Source: an uncultured Alphaproteobacteria bacterium
GTDB taxonomy: Bacteria; Pseudomonadota; Alphaproteobacteria; Rs-D84
Assembly (NCBI GenBank): GCA_944389495.1
Contig: CALXMN010000002.1
Span: 85,704 to 149,703 of the forward strand
DNA length: 64,000 nt
Reading direction: 5' to 3'
Position numbers and translations under genes: made by a program
The notes under the pieces: model-generated
Seen by the model: the letters and a program-made list of their open reading frames with translations, nothing else
What the model was told of the DNA's origin: nothing
The model's database searches: none
In this document: in pieces, positions 54,374-64,000 of the stretch
How the letters are laid out: every line of letters begins with the position of its first letter
Position numbering within the stretch: position 1 is the first letter of the stretch

Positions 54374-55627
54374 ATGAAAAGAGTTGTTATTACCGGTATG
54401 GGAATTGTGTCGCCGGTTGGAACGGGAATTGAATATGCCTGGAAAAATATTGTAAATGGTGTTTCAGGTGTTCGTAAAATTGATACGTTTGATGCATCTG
54501 ATTTAACCTCGCAGATTGCGGGGTTGCCGGTTATTGGTACCGAACCGGGCCAGTATAATCCAGATGCGGTTGTTGATGTACGTGAACAACGAAAAATGGA
54601 CAAGTGTATCGTATATGGTGTTGTTGCCGCAGACCAAGCAATACGTGATGCGGGATTGATTGATTATAATGGTGATAAAACCCGTATGGGGGTTTCGATT
54701 GGCGCCGGTATTGGGGGGCTGAATACCATTTATGATAATTGTGTGGAATTGTATGCAAATGGACCACGGCATATCAGTCCGTTCTTTATCCCCAAGGTTA
54801 TTATTAATATGACCGCGGGTCACGTTTCTATTAAATATGGTTTAAAGGGGCCGAATTTGTCCGTCGTGACCGCGTGCGCGTCGGCCGCACATTCCATTGG
54901 CGAGGCGGTACGTCTGATTCAACACGGTGATGCAGATGTTATGGTTGCCGGTGGTGCCGAAGGGGCTGTTGGTAAAATTGGTGTTGCAGGTTTCTGTGCA
55001 ATGAAGGCGTTGTCCACACGTAATGATGCGCCGGAAAAGGCTTCACGGCCGTGGGACAAAGATCGTGACGGATTTGTTATGGCCGAAGGTGCGGGAATAT
55101 TGGTGTTGGAAGAATACGAACACGCGGTTGCGCGCGGCGCAAAAATTTATGCCGAGGTGGCGGGATATGGTTTGTCGGGTGATGCATATCATATTACTGC
55201 GCCGGCACCCGGCGGCGAAGGGGGATTGCGCGCAATGCAGGCCGCATTAAAGGATGCCGATATGCAACCGGCGGATGTTGATTATATTAATGCACACGGT
55301 ACGTCAACAGGATTGGGTGATTTGGGCGAATTGGGGGCTGTAAAGACCCTGTTTGCGGGAACGGATGTGTGTATGTCTTCAACCAAATCTATGACGGGGC
55401 ATCTGTTGGGTGCCGCCGGTGCAGTCGAGGCGATATTCTGTGTTCTGGCCATTCGTGACGGAATTGTGCCGCCAACCATTAATCTGGAAAATCCAGAAGA
55501 AGAGGTTGGGGACTTTAATCTGGTGCCGAACAAGGCCCAGAAAAAGACCGTTAATGTTGCGTTAAGCAATTCGTTCGGTTTTGGTGGTACGAATGCGTCA
55601 TTGGTAATAAAACGCTTTGAAAAATAA
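54374..55627 (+). CDS. fabF: 3-oxoacyl-ACP synthase II
   Basis: VVTACASAAHSIGEA (active-site Cys), INAHGTSTGLGD, SSTKSMTGHLLGAAG, SFGFGGTNASLV. Confidence 0.9.
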   Translation: MKRVVITGMGIVSPVGTGIEYAWKNIVNGVSGVRKIDTFDASDLTSQIAGLPVIGTEPGQYNPDAVVDVREQRKMDKCIVYGVVAADQAIRDAGLIDYNGDKTRMGVSIGAGIGGLNTIYDNCVELYANGPRHISPFFIPKVIINMTAGHVSIKYGLKGPNLSVVTACASAAHSIGEAVRLIQHGDADVMVAGGAEGAVGKIGVAGFCAMKALSTRNDAPEKASRPWDKDRDGFVMAEGAGILVLEEYEHAVARGAKIYAEVAGYGLSGDAYHITAPAPGGEGGLRAMQAALKDADMQPADVDYINAHGTSTGLGDLGELGAVKTLFAGTDVCMSSTKSMTGHLLGAAGAVEAIFCVLAIRDGIVPPTINLENPEEEVGDFNLVPNKAQKKTVNVALSNSFGFGGTNASLVIKRFEK

Positions 55628-55630
55628 AAA

Positions 55631-55656
55631 ATGGGGCCACAGGCCCCGTTTTTTAT
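55631..55656 (+). terminator. intrinsic terminator after fabF
   Basis: GGGGCC-ACA-GGCCCC followed by GTTTTTT. Confidence 0.75.
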
Positions 55657-55678
55657 TATGGGAAAGGGTATGAAAAAT

Positions 55679-55875
55679 CCACCCGTTGGGTGGTTTTTAT
55701 TTTGTGGTCGGAGTGACTGGGCTACTTCGTCACCTGGGCGCGTTTGCGCGCGTGGCGCGCTGCACCGGCGTACTTCCGTCCGCCTCTTGCCGGCGGTTCG
55801 AACAGCTTCCTTCGCTGGTTCGAACCCACTACAGGCACAAAACAAAAAGCCACCCGTTGGGTGGTTTTTATTTTG

Positions 55876-55892
<17 letters not shown>
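55679..55892. repeat. 43-bp perfect direct repeat (tRNA-Pro 3' end plus its terminator) bracketing a 128-bp GC-rich insert
   Basis: CCACCCGTTGGGTGGTTTTTATTTTGTGGTCGGAGTGACTGGG occurs at 55679-55721 and 55850-55892. The insert at 55722-55849 is visibly GC-rich. It contains TCGCTGGTTCGAACCCA (55812-55828), a 17-nt copy of the tRNA variable-loop/T-arm region in inverted orientation. Confidence 0.9.
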
Positions 55893-55952
<60 letters not shown>

Positions 55953-56082
55953 ATAACTGAAATAAGCAGGGCGATTATGCAACCTTTTGTATAAAAAATC
56001 AACATTTTTTATTTGTTATTTTTTCTTTTACTATGTGAAAATTATCTGTAATACTATTTTTCGGCAATAAAAAGGGTATAAA

Positions 56083-57771
56083 ATGTTTGCACTGAACTTT
56101 TTAAAAAAAGATGAATTTGATGGATATGATGATTATGTGCAAAATGGTGCGCCGATTGTTCCAGATAATTTTAATTTTTCATACGATGTTATTGATGTGT
56201 TGGCAAAACAGACGCCCGATGCGATTGCTTTGTTGTGGGTAAATGATGCCGGCGAAAAAAAGACGTTCACTTTTCGTGACTTGTCAAAAATGTCGGGGTC
56301 GGTTGCAAACTTTTTGACGGCACGTGGTTTGCAGCGTGGGGATACCGTGTTGCTGTTTATGCGTCGCCGTTGGGAGTATTGGATTTTAATGTTGGCTATG
56401 CACAAGGCGGGTATAATCCCAATTCCTTCGACCAATCATTTAAAGGCCGAAGATATTGAATATCGTATAGATCAGGCCGAAGCCAAGGCGATAATCGCAT
56501 TTGATGATGGACATATCGTGGGCGAGATAAAAAATGCCATCGGTAATCGTGATATTCAATTGATCTCGAATGATATGGTTGCCGCCGCAATTAATTCTTT
56601 GCCGTCGGAATTTGAACGTGTGCCAAATGAAAACACTGATACGATGGTAATTTATTTTACCAGTGGAACAACAGATTTGCCGAAAATGGTTGCGCACAAC
56701 TTTGCATATCCGTTGGGGCATATTAATACGGCTGTATTCTGGCAGCGGCTGCACGAGGGTGATATTCATTTTACTTTGTCCGAATCGGGATGGGCCAAGT
56801 GTTCGTGGGGCAAGATGTACGGACAGTGGTTGGCCGGGGCAACGGTTTTTGTATTTGATTTTAACGGAATTGCAACCGCGCACGATTTGTTAAGCGCGAT
56901 GGCGGATAATCACGTGACTTCGTTCTGTGCGCCGCCGACGGTTTATAAAATGTTAATACACGCGGATTTCAACAAGTATGATTTGTCTGCGCTGGTCAAG
57001 GCAGATGTCGCCGGCGAGGCACTGAATCCAGAGGTTTTTGAACGTTTTCAAAATGGAACGGGAATAAAATTGCACGAAGGGTTCGGACAAACAGAAACCT
57101 GTGTTATGATGTTTACCAATCAGTGGATTGAGCCCAAACCAGGCAGTATGGGGATGCCCGCCGCCGGATGGGATGTCCAATTGTTGGACGAAGGGGGGCG
57201 ACCCGTGCCCGCCGGTACAGTCGGTGAAATTTGTGTGTCTTTAAAAAATGGACGGCCGGTTGGTTTGTTTCAGGGATATCATAAAAATGAAAAATTAACG
57301 GCCAAAGTTTTTCGTGATGGGTTTTATCATACGGGTGATGTCGCGTATCGTGATAACGACGGGTATTACTGGTTCGTGGGGCGTAATGATGATTTAATTA
57401 AAACATCCGGATATCGGGTCAGTCCGTTCGAGGTTGAAAGTGTATTGTTGGAACATCCCGCCGTACGCGAGGTTGCAGTTACCGGAATCCCAGATCCATC
57501 ACGTGGTATGGCGGTCAAGGCAACAATCGTTCTGAATAAATATTTCCAGGGTACCGATGTATTGGTTCGACAATTGCAAGATCACGTGCGGGCACGTACC
57601 GCATCCTATAAATATCCACGTGTAATTGAATTTGTCGACAGTTTGCCAATGACCATATCTGGTAAAATTCGGCGTGCGTTGATTCGTACACTGGACAGCG
57701 CCAAAGATACAATTATTGAACCGGTAAAAAGTGTTATTGGTTTGGGTAAAGATGATGACAAAGAAAAATAA
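56083..57771 (+). CDS. AMP-forming acyl-CoA synthetase (medium-chain type)
   Basis: YFTSGTTDLPKMV, GFGQTE, GDVAYRDNDGYYWFVGRNDDLIKTSGYRVSPFEVE, ISGKIRR. Confidence 0.8.
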   Translation: MFALNFLKKDEFDGYDDYVQNGAPIVPDNFNFSYDVIDVLAKQTPDAIALLWVNDAGEKKTFTFRDLSKMSGSVANFLTARGLQRGDTVLLFMRRRWEYWILMLAMHKAGIIPIPSTNHLKAEDIEYRIDQAEAKAIIAFDDGHIVGEIKNAIGNRDIQLISNDMVAAAINSLPSEFERVPNENTDTMVIYFTSGTTDLPKMVAHNFAYPLGHINTAVFWQRLHEGDIHFTLSESGWAKCSWGKMYGQWLAGATVFVFDFNGIATAHDLLSAMADNHVTSFCAPPTVYKMLIHADFNKYDLSALVKADVAGEALNPEVFERFQNGTGIKLHEGFGQTETCVMMFTNQWIEPKPGSMGMPAAGWDVQLLDEGGRPVPAGTVGEICVSLKNGRPVGLFQGYHKNEKLTAKVFRDGFYHTGDVAYRDNDGYYWFVGRNDDLIKTSGYRVSPFEVESVLLEHPAVREVAVTGIPDPSRGMAVKATIVLNKYFQGTDVLVRQLQDHVRARTASYKYPRVIEFVDSLPMTISGKIRRALIRTLDSAKDTIIEPVKSVIGLGKDDDKEK

Positions 57772-57971
57772 TAAAGACCGCGGATTTTCCGCGGTCTTTA
57801 TTTTGTTATTTTTTTATATGGTTACGGTTGAATTTGCGATGAATGTGGAATCAATTTGGTGGCGAATTATTATGGTGTTGGGACAGATATGGCGTAAATG
57901 GGGACGTTATACAAGGCAACACCAATATGTCAGAATATTACATTCCAACAGTCCGTCTGTTTATTTTATTT

Positions 57972-57999
57972 TTGCAAGTTCGATTTTTATCTGTATAAT
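57972..57999 (+). promoter_or_regulatory. candidate promoter placing the mltG start codon ~2-4 nt from the TSS
   Basis: TTGCAA (57972-57977), 16-bp spacer, TATAAT (57994-57999). The ATG is at 58009 and no SD lies between. Confidence 0.4.
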
Positions 58000-58008
58000 T
58001 GTGTTGCT

Positions 58009-59025
58009 ATGAAAAAACGAAAAATTATCCCATCCAGTAAGTTTGTTAATATTCTTTGTTTTGCGCTGATTCTTGTCATCGCATTGTTTGTATATGTGTT
58101 TGGAATTCGTTCGGTGGTGGAACGTGATGCAACAATGGTTATTTCACGTGGAGATACGGTTTCCGATGTGGCATCGCGGTTGGAATCGCGCGGATTAATC
58201 GATTCGGAATCTTTGTTCAAGGTTGCCGTGCGGGCCAATGGTGGTGAAATTCAATCGGGCCAGTATGATATTCCACGTGGTACCAGTATTTGGCGCATCG
58301 CAGATATGTTTGCACGTGGCGAGGTTGCCGCCACAACGGTCGTTATACCCGAAGGGTTAACCGTTAAACAAATTAAAGAATTATTATTGGCGGATGTAAA
58401 TTTAACCGGTGGTGTTGAATGTGGGCCAGATACAGATTTACCGGTTTGTAATCTGCACGATGGGGATTTGTTTCCGGATACATATCGGGTCGCACGTGGT
58501 ACATCGCGGTTGGCACTGTTGGATTTAATGCGAAAAAAAATGGTCGAGATGGAAGATAATTGGAAACGCGCCGGTGCGGTTGCACCAAGGCCTTTGAAGA
58601 CCTGGGACGATGTTGTAACGTTGGCGTCTATTGTGCAAAAGGAAACGTCCAAAAAGTCGGAAATGCCAATTGTGGCCAGTGTTTATTTAAATCGTTTGCG
58701 TGATGGAATGCGGTTACAGGCCGATCCCACGGTGGTATATGCATTGACAGACGGATTGGGTGATATGCGGGGACGGGCCTTGTTACGAAATCATCTGAAA
58801 ATAGAAAGTCCATATAATACATATACAAATTATGGTTTGCCACCGGCACCAATTGCAAATGTCGGATTGGATGCCATACACGCGGTTTTGTCGCCGGCAG
58901 ATACAAATTATTTGTTTTTTGTTGCAGATGGTAAAGGTGGACACAGATTTGCACATACGTATGACGAGCATTTGAAAAATCACGCCGACTGGCGCGTGAT
59001 AAAAAAAATTAAAAATGGAAACTAA
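58009..59025 (+). CDS. mltG: endolytic murein transglycosylase MltG (YceG-like)
   Basis: ATG 58009 (the ORF opens at 57898). N-terminal TM. ASIVQKET, YLNRLRDGMRLQADPTVVYAL, SPYNTYTNYGLPPAPIANVG. Confidence 0.85.
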   Translation: MKKRKIIPSSKFVNILCFALILVIALFVYVFGIRSVVERDATMVISRGDTVSDVASRLESRGLIDSESLFKVAVRANGGEIQSGQYDIPRGTSIWRIADMFARGEVAATTVVIPEGLTVKQIKELLLADVNLTGGVECGPDTDLPVCNLHDGDLFPDTYRVARGTSRLALLDLMRKKMVEMEDNWKRAGAVAPRPLKTWDDVVTLASIVQKETSKKSEMPIVASVYLNRLRDGMRLQADPTVVYALTDGLGDMRGRALLRNHLKIESPYNTYTNYGLPPAPIANVGLDAIHAVLSPADTNYLFFVADGKGGHRFAHTYDEHLKNHADWRVIKKIKNGN

Positions 59026-59283
59026 AAATACGTAATTTATTAAATTGTTTAATGATTTTGTCTTTGAATAAATTTTTCTTTTGATATATAAAACGCCCGG
59101 AATTCCGGGCGTTTTGAGATTTGTGTTGCGAATAAAAACCGATTCGTATACCGCGCCAGCATATCATATTTTTAGATAAAATGCAAAAATCTTTTGTCTT
59201 GCAGGGTGGTTGAAACACGCGGTAAAATATTCCTGTACTAGGTATATAAATCTAGTTTTTTAACTGAACCATAAGGATATATT

Positions 59284-60069
59284 ATGAAGAAATTAATTTT
59301 AACATCTTTGTTGGCAGTTTTTGCGGCAACGGGCGCAAATGCGGCGATTAATGATAACCCGCTGTATCGTCCGGATCAAGGTCGCTTTTACAGTGTGACG
59401 GCGTTGGAATCATCTTCGCGTCCAACAGTGGCTAATCAGAAAGGGTCAAGTGCGTTTGCTTTGAGCGAGGCATTTGGTTATGGTGTCACAGACAGATTGG
59501 CAATCGGTTTGGAAACAACCGCATCAACAGCGGATTGGTTTGACGAAAATTCTTGGGATACATTTGGTATTGGTTTGAATTACCGCGTATTTGATGGTGT
59601 AAACTGGAAGGCTGATGTATTTGGTTCATATGGATTTGGTGGTGTTTGGCCATATGGCGAAACATTCCTGGGCGAAGAAAATACTAATTATGTATGGACC
59701 GTTGGTGCAAAGATCGGATATGAAACTGCATCTTGGGCCGTTGCCGGACACGTTGCGTTTGATTATTATAACTCTGAATCGTTTAACTGGGACGAAGAAG
59801 GATTCCATTCACTGCGTGCCGGTGTTGACGCGTTCTTTGCAATGAATATGCAATGGTCGTTGGTATTGGGTGCAGAATATAATGCAGATTTAGATTATTG
59901 GGAAAACAATAATGGATTCTGGACCGGAAAATTGGGTGTAAACTATAACATTGATGACGCCAAATACATCGGTGCATATGTTGGTAAAGAAATGCGTCAT
60001 ATAGCCAAGGGCGAATGGGATATTGCAGACGGCTTTGCATATGGTGTAAAGTTTGGTGTTGAATTTTAA
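59284..60069 (+). CDS. outer-membrane beta-barrel protein
   Basis: Signal peptide MKKLILTSLLAVFAATGANA|A. Amphipathic strands. C-terminus YGVKFGVEF. Confidence 0.65.
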   Translation: MKKLILTSLLAVFAATGANAAINDNPLYRPDQGRFYSVTALESSSRPTVANQKGSSAFALSEAFGYGVTDRLAIGLETTASTADWFDENSWDTFGIGLNYRVFDGVNWKADVFGSYGFGGVWPYGETFLGEENTNYVWTVGAKIGYETASWAVAGHVAFDYYNSESFNWDEEGFHSLRAGVDAFFAMNMQWSLVLGAEYNADLDYWENNNGFWTGKLGVNYNIDDAKYIGAYVGKEMRHIAKGEWDIADGFAYGVKFGVEF

Positions 60070-60083
60070 TACCCAACAGAATG

Positions 60084-60111
60084 AAAAAAACGGGGCGCCG
60101 CCCCGTTTTTT
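60084..60111. terminator. bidirectional terminator
   Basis: AAAAAAACGGGG-CGCCG-CCCCGTTTTTT, between convergent genes. Confidence 0.75.
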
Positions 60112-60388
60112 ATTCCAATGGACAGATTGTGTTAAATTCATATGTGCCGCTGTTATCGGAATAGGGTGTGTTTGCTGGGGCGTACATTGTACACACTTTG
60201 TCCGGCGAATTGATAAGACAGGTGGTTGTTGTGCCAAGATTGGTTTGATGTATGGAACAACCGGTTGCGGATATTGTCATACCAGGATTGTTAACCATTG
60301 TGTACCCGTGTGGACAACTGGTTGTGGGTATAGAGGCGTGCGTATATGTGGGTGTGGCCAGTAAAAATAAAATGAATATTTTTTTCAT
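60110..60388 (-). CDS. small secreted cysteine-rich protein (92 aa), distal gene of a leader-controlled pair
   Basis: ATG 60388 follows GGGGGA. Signal peptide MKKIFILFLLATPTYTHA|S. The C-terminus YSDNSGTYEFNTICPLE resembles the GSDxxGxxxYTKDCYY tail. Confidence 0.55.
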   Translation of the reverse strand: MKKIFILFLLATPTYTHASIPTTSCPHGYTMVNNPGMTISATGCSIHQTNLGTTTTCLINSPDKVCTMYAPANTPYSDNSGTYEFNTICPLE

Positions 60389-60403
60389 ATTGTCCCCCAT
60401 AAA

Positions 60404-60838
60404 TTAATCAGAAAGATTGGAAAATAATCTTATACGAAAAAGTTCGGCACTTCTGTTTTCTAGTGTCTTTATGCAGTTTTGTGCGCAAAAATAGGGACAG
60501 TTCGAACCGCTTGAGACTGTTGTGATTGGACTAACCCATTGCGATATTGCGGGGCTTATCATTTTGCACCAACATATGGGTGTTGGGGCACTTGTGTTTA
60601 TTAAGGTAAGGTTTTCGGTGGTGGAACCCATTTCTGGGTTATCTGTGTGATGATCGCACATTGCGATGCCGCGAATTGGAATGCCACTGCAGGTTGCGGA
60701 CCAGGATTCGCCGGTGGAACTTACCGATGTGCAGGCATCACGTGATTGATTGTTTAATCCTATGCATTTGTATGCGGCGTTTGTCGTTTGAATTATGCCT
60801 GTACAAATTATGCCGGCAATGATTAAATGTTTTTTCAT
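60404..60838 (-). CDS. secreted cysteine-rich protein (144 aa)
   Basis: AAGGAGG RBS. Signal peptide MKKHLIIAGIICTGIIQTTNA|A. About 10 Cys in the mature part (ICWCKM, CPYFCAQNC). Confidence 0.6.
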   Translation of the reverse strand: MKKHLIIAGIICTGIIQTTNAAYKCIGLNNQSRDACTSVSSTGESWSATCSGIPIRGIAMCDHHTDNPEMGSTTENLTLINTSAPTPICWCKMISPAISQWVSPITTVSSGSNCPYFCAQNCIKTLENRSAELFRIRLFSNLSD

Positions 60839-61069
60839 TATAAACCTCCTTGGATTTTTCTTAAAAGAAAACCACCAAAATTTTAGGTGGCTGGAGGTTA
60901 GTAACTATCTAAACATAGTGTCGTTTATTCAAGTATATCACGACCCTCCAACCCAAATGTGGAGGCGATGTTTTTTGTCATCTCGGACAGTTTAGAGAGG
61001 TTACTACACCCCGTTGGCGGAATACCCGCCAACGCTTTTTATATTATCGTGTTGGTAGCAGTAAAGCAA
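60839..61069 (-). promoter_or_regulatory. promoter plus conserved structured leader with terminator (leader copy 3 of 3)
   Basis: Read on the minus strand: TTGCTT (61069-61064), 17-bp spacer, TAATAT (61046-61041). Then the P1 hairpin CGTTGGCGG-GTATT-CCGCCAACG, switch strands CCTCCAC / GGTTGGAGG / ACCTCCAGCC, terminator CCACC-TAAAATTTT-GGTGG followed by TTTT, and the RBS AAGGAGG. Confidence 0.7.
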
Positions 61070-61229
61070 GGTAAAAAGCATTTTGTCGACAGGTGGTTAA
61101 ACTTACGAAGGTGGTCAGAATAACGGCTGGTTCGTACCAATAAAAAAATTGTCATTTGTGTGATTTTTATACGTCCCGGATTTTTGGGATTTTCCAGCCG
61201 TTTTTTTGGTAAAAATCCCCAGATTCTGC

Positions 61230-61258
61230 TTGACAATATGTGGGTTCGTGGTTATAGT
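61230..61258 (+). promoter_or_regulatory. candidate rpsL operon promoter
   Basis: TTGACA (61230-61235), 17-bp spacer, TATAGT (61253-61258), about 145 nt upstream of the rpsL ATG. Confidence 0.5.
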
Positions 61259-61404
61259 ATATTCGCTTTCCGTGTAAACAAGGAAAGAAAAAACACAGAA
61301 TTCTGCATATTCTGACAGATTTATAATCGCGGCCACGCCGTTGAAATAATTCTGAACAGATGTTTTGTGCAGATAAAAAGGTACAAAAAACAAAGAGATT
61401 TTGA

Positions 61405-61776
61405 ATGCCAACAGTAAATCAACTGATTCGGAAGCCGCGTAAAAAGGTTGTTGTTAAGTCGACGGCGCCCGATATGATGCAGGCCCCGCAGAAACGCGGC
61501 GTTTGCACGCGTGTGTATACAACCACACCAAAAAAGCCTAATTCGGCCCAGCGTAAGGTGGCCCGTGTAAAATTGGCCAATGGTCGTGAAGTTACGGCCT
61601 ATATCCCGGGCGAAGGGCATAATCTGCAGGAGCACAGTGTTGTTATGATCCGTGGCGGACGTGTAAAGGACTTGCCCGGTGTGAAGTATCATATCATTCG
61701 TGGTGTGCTTGATACCAAGGGTGTCGAGAGCAGAAAGCAGGGGCGGTCCCTGTATGGTGCCAAGGTGGCAAAATAA
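61405..61776 (+). CDS. rpsL: 30S ribosomal protein S12
   Basis: [14 protein letters not shown]...[59 protein letters not shown]. Confidence 0.95.
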   Translation: MPTVNQLIRKPRKKVVVKSTAPDMMQAPQKRGVCTRVYTTTPKKPNSAQRKVARVKLANGREVTAYIPGEGHNLQEHSVVMIRGGRVKDLPGVKYHIIRGVLDTKGVESRKQGRSLYGAKVAK

Positions 61777-61849
61777 TAATTTGTACACACGGGGAAACCC
61801 GGGTGAGTAATTTGGGTTGTGCCCAGATGAAGCAATAAAAGGAATAAAA

Positions 61850-62323
61850 ATGTCAAGACGTAAAAGTGCAACAAAACGTGAAATTTTACCAGATTCTAAA
61901 TATAATAATCTGGTCGTTGCGAAATGTATCAATGTTGTTATGTGGGACGGCAAAAAAGAAGTTGCCGAAAATATCGTTTATGGTGCATTGGATAAACTGA
62001 AAAAAGTTGCAAAAGACGGTGATGAATTGGCCGCGTTTTTAGAGGCCGTTGATGTCTTGAAACCATCCGTAGAGGTAAAGGGTCGTCGTGTTGGCGGTGC
62101 AACATATCAGGTTCCGGTCGAAGTAAGACCTGCGCGTCAACAGACATTGGCCTTGCGTTGGTTGGTTATGTTTGCGCGTAAACGTGGTGAACGTTCTATG
62201 GAAGACAGATTGTTTGGTGAACTGCGTGATGCATTAAATGGTCAGGGTGGGGCCTTTAAAAAGAAGGTTGATACGCATAAGATGGCCGAGGCCAACAAGG
62301 CGTTTGCACATTTCCGTTGGTAA
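61850..62323 (+). CDS. rpsG: 30S ribosomal protein S7
   Basis: ATG 61850 ([20 protein letters not shown]). [24 protein letters not shown]. Ends AFAHFRW. Confidence 0.95.
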   Translation: MSRRKSATKREILPDSKYNNLVVAKCINVVMWDGKKEVAENIVYGALDKLKKVAKDGDELAAFLEAVDVLKPSVEVKGRRVGGATYQVPVEVRPARQQTLALRWLVMFARKRGERSMEDRLFGELRDALNGQGGAFKKKVDTHKMAEANKAFAHFRW

Positions 62324-62367
62324 TTATGCAAACGTATACAGGCAACAAATAAAAAGGGGAAAAATTT

Positions 62368-64000
62368 ATGTCAGTCGGAAAAACAGCACCTTTGAATATG
62401 TACCGTAATATCGGTATTATGGCGCACATCGACGCCGGTAAAACCACTACGTCGGAACGTATTTTGTTCTATACCGGTAAGACATACAAAATCGGCGAAG
62501 TGCACGATGGCGGCGCAACAATGGACTGGATGGAGCAGGAGCAAGAACGTGGTATTACCATTACGTCCGCGGCAACAACCTGTTTTTGGCGCGATCATCG
62601 TATCAATTTGATTGATACGCCGGGGCACGTGGACTTTACAATGGAAGTGGAACGCAGTTTGCGCGTGTTGGACGGCGCCGTTGCCGTGTTTGAATCGGTG
62701 TCCGGTGTTCAGCCCCAGACAGAAACTGTTTGGCGCCAGGCCGATCGTTACAATGTGCCGCGTATTTGTTTCGTAAACAAAATGGATCGTATTGGGGGAA
62801 ACTTTTTCCGCTGTGTTGATATGATTCGTGAACGTTTGGGGGCGAATCCGCTGGTTGTGAATTTCCCAATTGGTGCAGAATCTGATTTCCGTGGTGTTGT
62901 TGATGTTATTGAAATGCGCGGTATTGTTTGGGAAGATGATTTGGGAAAAGAACCGCATATTGTCGATATTCCAGATGATTTAAAGGAAAAAGCAGAAGAA
63001 CTGCATAATAAGTTAATAGAAGAAGTTGTAACCTTGGATGACGATATTATGGAGGCCTATATGGAAGGCAAAACTCCGGATGTCGCAACAATTAAAAAAT
63101 TAATTCGCAAGGGTACAATTGCCCAGAACTTTAACCCCGTGTTATGTGGTACCGCATTTAAAAACAAGGGGGTTCAACCGCTGTTGGATGCAATTGTTGA
63201 TTATTTGCCAAGCCCGTTGGATATTCCGGCCATCAAGGGTACCGCAATGGACGGTAAAACCGTTGTGGAACGTCACGCTGATCCCAAGGAACCGTTCAGT
63301 GCATTGGCATTTAAGGTTGCAAATGATCCGTTCGTGGGTAATCTGATGTTTATTCGTATCTATTCGGGTAAATTGACATCTGGGTCTTATATTTACAATT
63401 CTAATCGCGATAAACGTGAACGTGTTGGTCGTATGTTGTTAATGCATTCCAACCAGCGCGAAGAAATTAAAGAGGCATCCGCAGGTGATATTATTACCCT
63501 GGTTGGTATGAAGGAAACGATTACCGGTGATACATTGTGTGATGAAGCAAATCCGATTATCTTGGAAAATATTCACGTTCCAGATCCGGTTATGAGTATA
63601 GCGGTCGAACCGAAAACCAAGGCTGATATTGAAAAAATGTCACTGGGGTTACAGGCGTTGGCCAAAGAAGATCCGTCGTTCCGTGTGTCTGTGGATGAAG
63701 AATCAGGTCAGACAATTTTGGCGGGTGTTGGTGAATTGCATCTGGAAATTTTGGTCGATCGTTTGTCGCGTGAATTTAAGGTTGACGTTAATGTTGGTGA
63801 ACCACGTATCGCATATCGCGAAGCGTTTGGTAAACCGGTTACCGAAGAATATACACATAAAAAGCAGTCTGGTGGTTCGGGTCAATATGCCCAGGTGAAA
63901 ATTGAATTTGAACCGTTGGAACCAGGTGCCGGATATGAATTTGAAAACAAGATTGTTGGTGGTGCGATTCCAAAAGAATACATCCCCGGCGTTGAAAAAG
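62368..64000 (+). CDS. fusA: translation elongation factor G (5' ~544 codons; runs off the right edge)
   Basis: ATG 62368 follows [45 protein letters not shown]...DTPGHVDFT...NKMDR. Open to the window end, so it is absent from the ORF track. Confidence 0.95.
   Translation, partial: MSVGKTAPLNMYRNIGIMAHIDAGKTTTSERILFYTGKTYKIGEVHDGGATMDWMEQEQERGITITSAATTCFWRDHRINLIDTPGHVDFTMEVERSLRVLDGAVAVFESVSGVQPQTETVWRQADRYNVPRICFVNKMDRIGGNFFRCVDMIRERLGANPLVVNFPIGAESDFRGVVDVIEMRGIVWEDDLGKEPHIVDIPDDLKEKAEELHNKLIEEVVTLDDDIMEAYMEGKTPDVATIKKLIRKGTIAQNFNPVLCGTAFKNKGVQPLLDAIVDYLPSPLDIPAIKGTAMDGKTVVERHADPKEPFSALAFKVANDPFVGNLMFIRIYSGKLTSGSYIYNSNRDKRERVGRMLLMHSNQREEIKEASAGDIITLVGMKETITGDTLCDEANPIILENIHVPDPVMSIAVEPKTKADIEKMSLGLQALAKEDPSFRVSVDEESGQTILAGVGELHLEILVDRLSREFKVDVNVGEPRIAYREAFGKPVTEEYTHKKQSGGSGQYAQVKIEFEPLEPGAGYEFENKIVGGAIPKEYIPGVEK

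Overview
64-kb chromosomal window from a moderately AT-rich diderm bacterium, as shown by Tol-Pal, an AsmA-family protein, a secretin and beta-barrel OMPs. The rpsT...dnaA and plsY/dprA neighbourhoods are reminiscent of Alphaproteobacteria, but this is a low-confidence inference. The backbone is housekeeping: sufCB, rpsT, plsY, dprA, dnaA, a parE-like topoisomerase, dnaJ, pgsA, uvrC, rluC, asmA-cdaA, dnaN, ppa, efp, fba, tolB, plsC/ftsEX, pal, rbfA, lepA, acpP-fabF, tRNA-Pro, an acyl-CoA synthetase, mltG and rpsL-rpsG-fusA. The accessory content is unusual. (1) An 8-kb tandem array at 40.5-48.6 kb holds four genes for signal-peptide-bearing, phage-tail-fibre-like mosaic proteins. There is no other phage gene anywhere in the window, and a 128-aa mini-member of the family sits at 6.8 kb. 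(2) A ~200-nt structured leader RNA occurs three times (28.0, 36.0 and 60.9 kb). Each copy has its own sigma70-type promoter, covarying alternative helices and an intrinsic terminator, and each precedes genes for small secreted cysteine-rich proteins. It looks like an unrecognised riboswitch or attenuator regulon. (3) An orphan PilL/TcpQ-like plus PilN-type lipoprotein secretin pair is followed by a 21-bp perfect inverted repeat, the mini-fibre gene and a polyglycine-rich protein gene. (4) There are scattered orphan pilus parts (a type IV pilin-like gene and a VirB2/TrbC-like gene). (5) A decayed integrase lies near an att-like duplication with a GC-rich scar at tRNA-Pro. (6) There are several repeat arrays. 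All calls rest on reading the ORF translations and the nucleotide sequence by eye; no searches were run.
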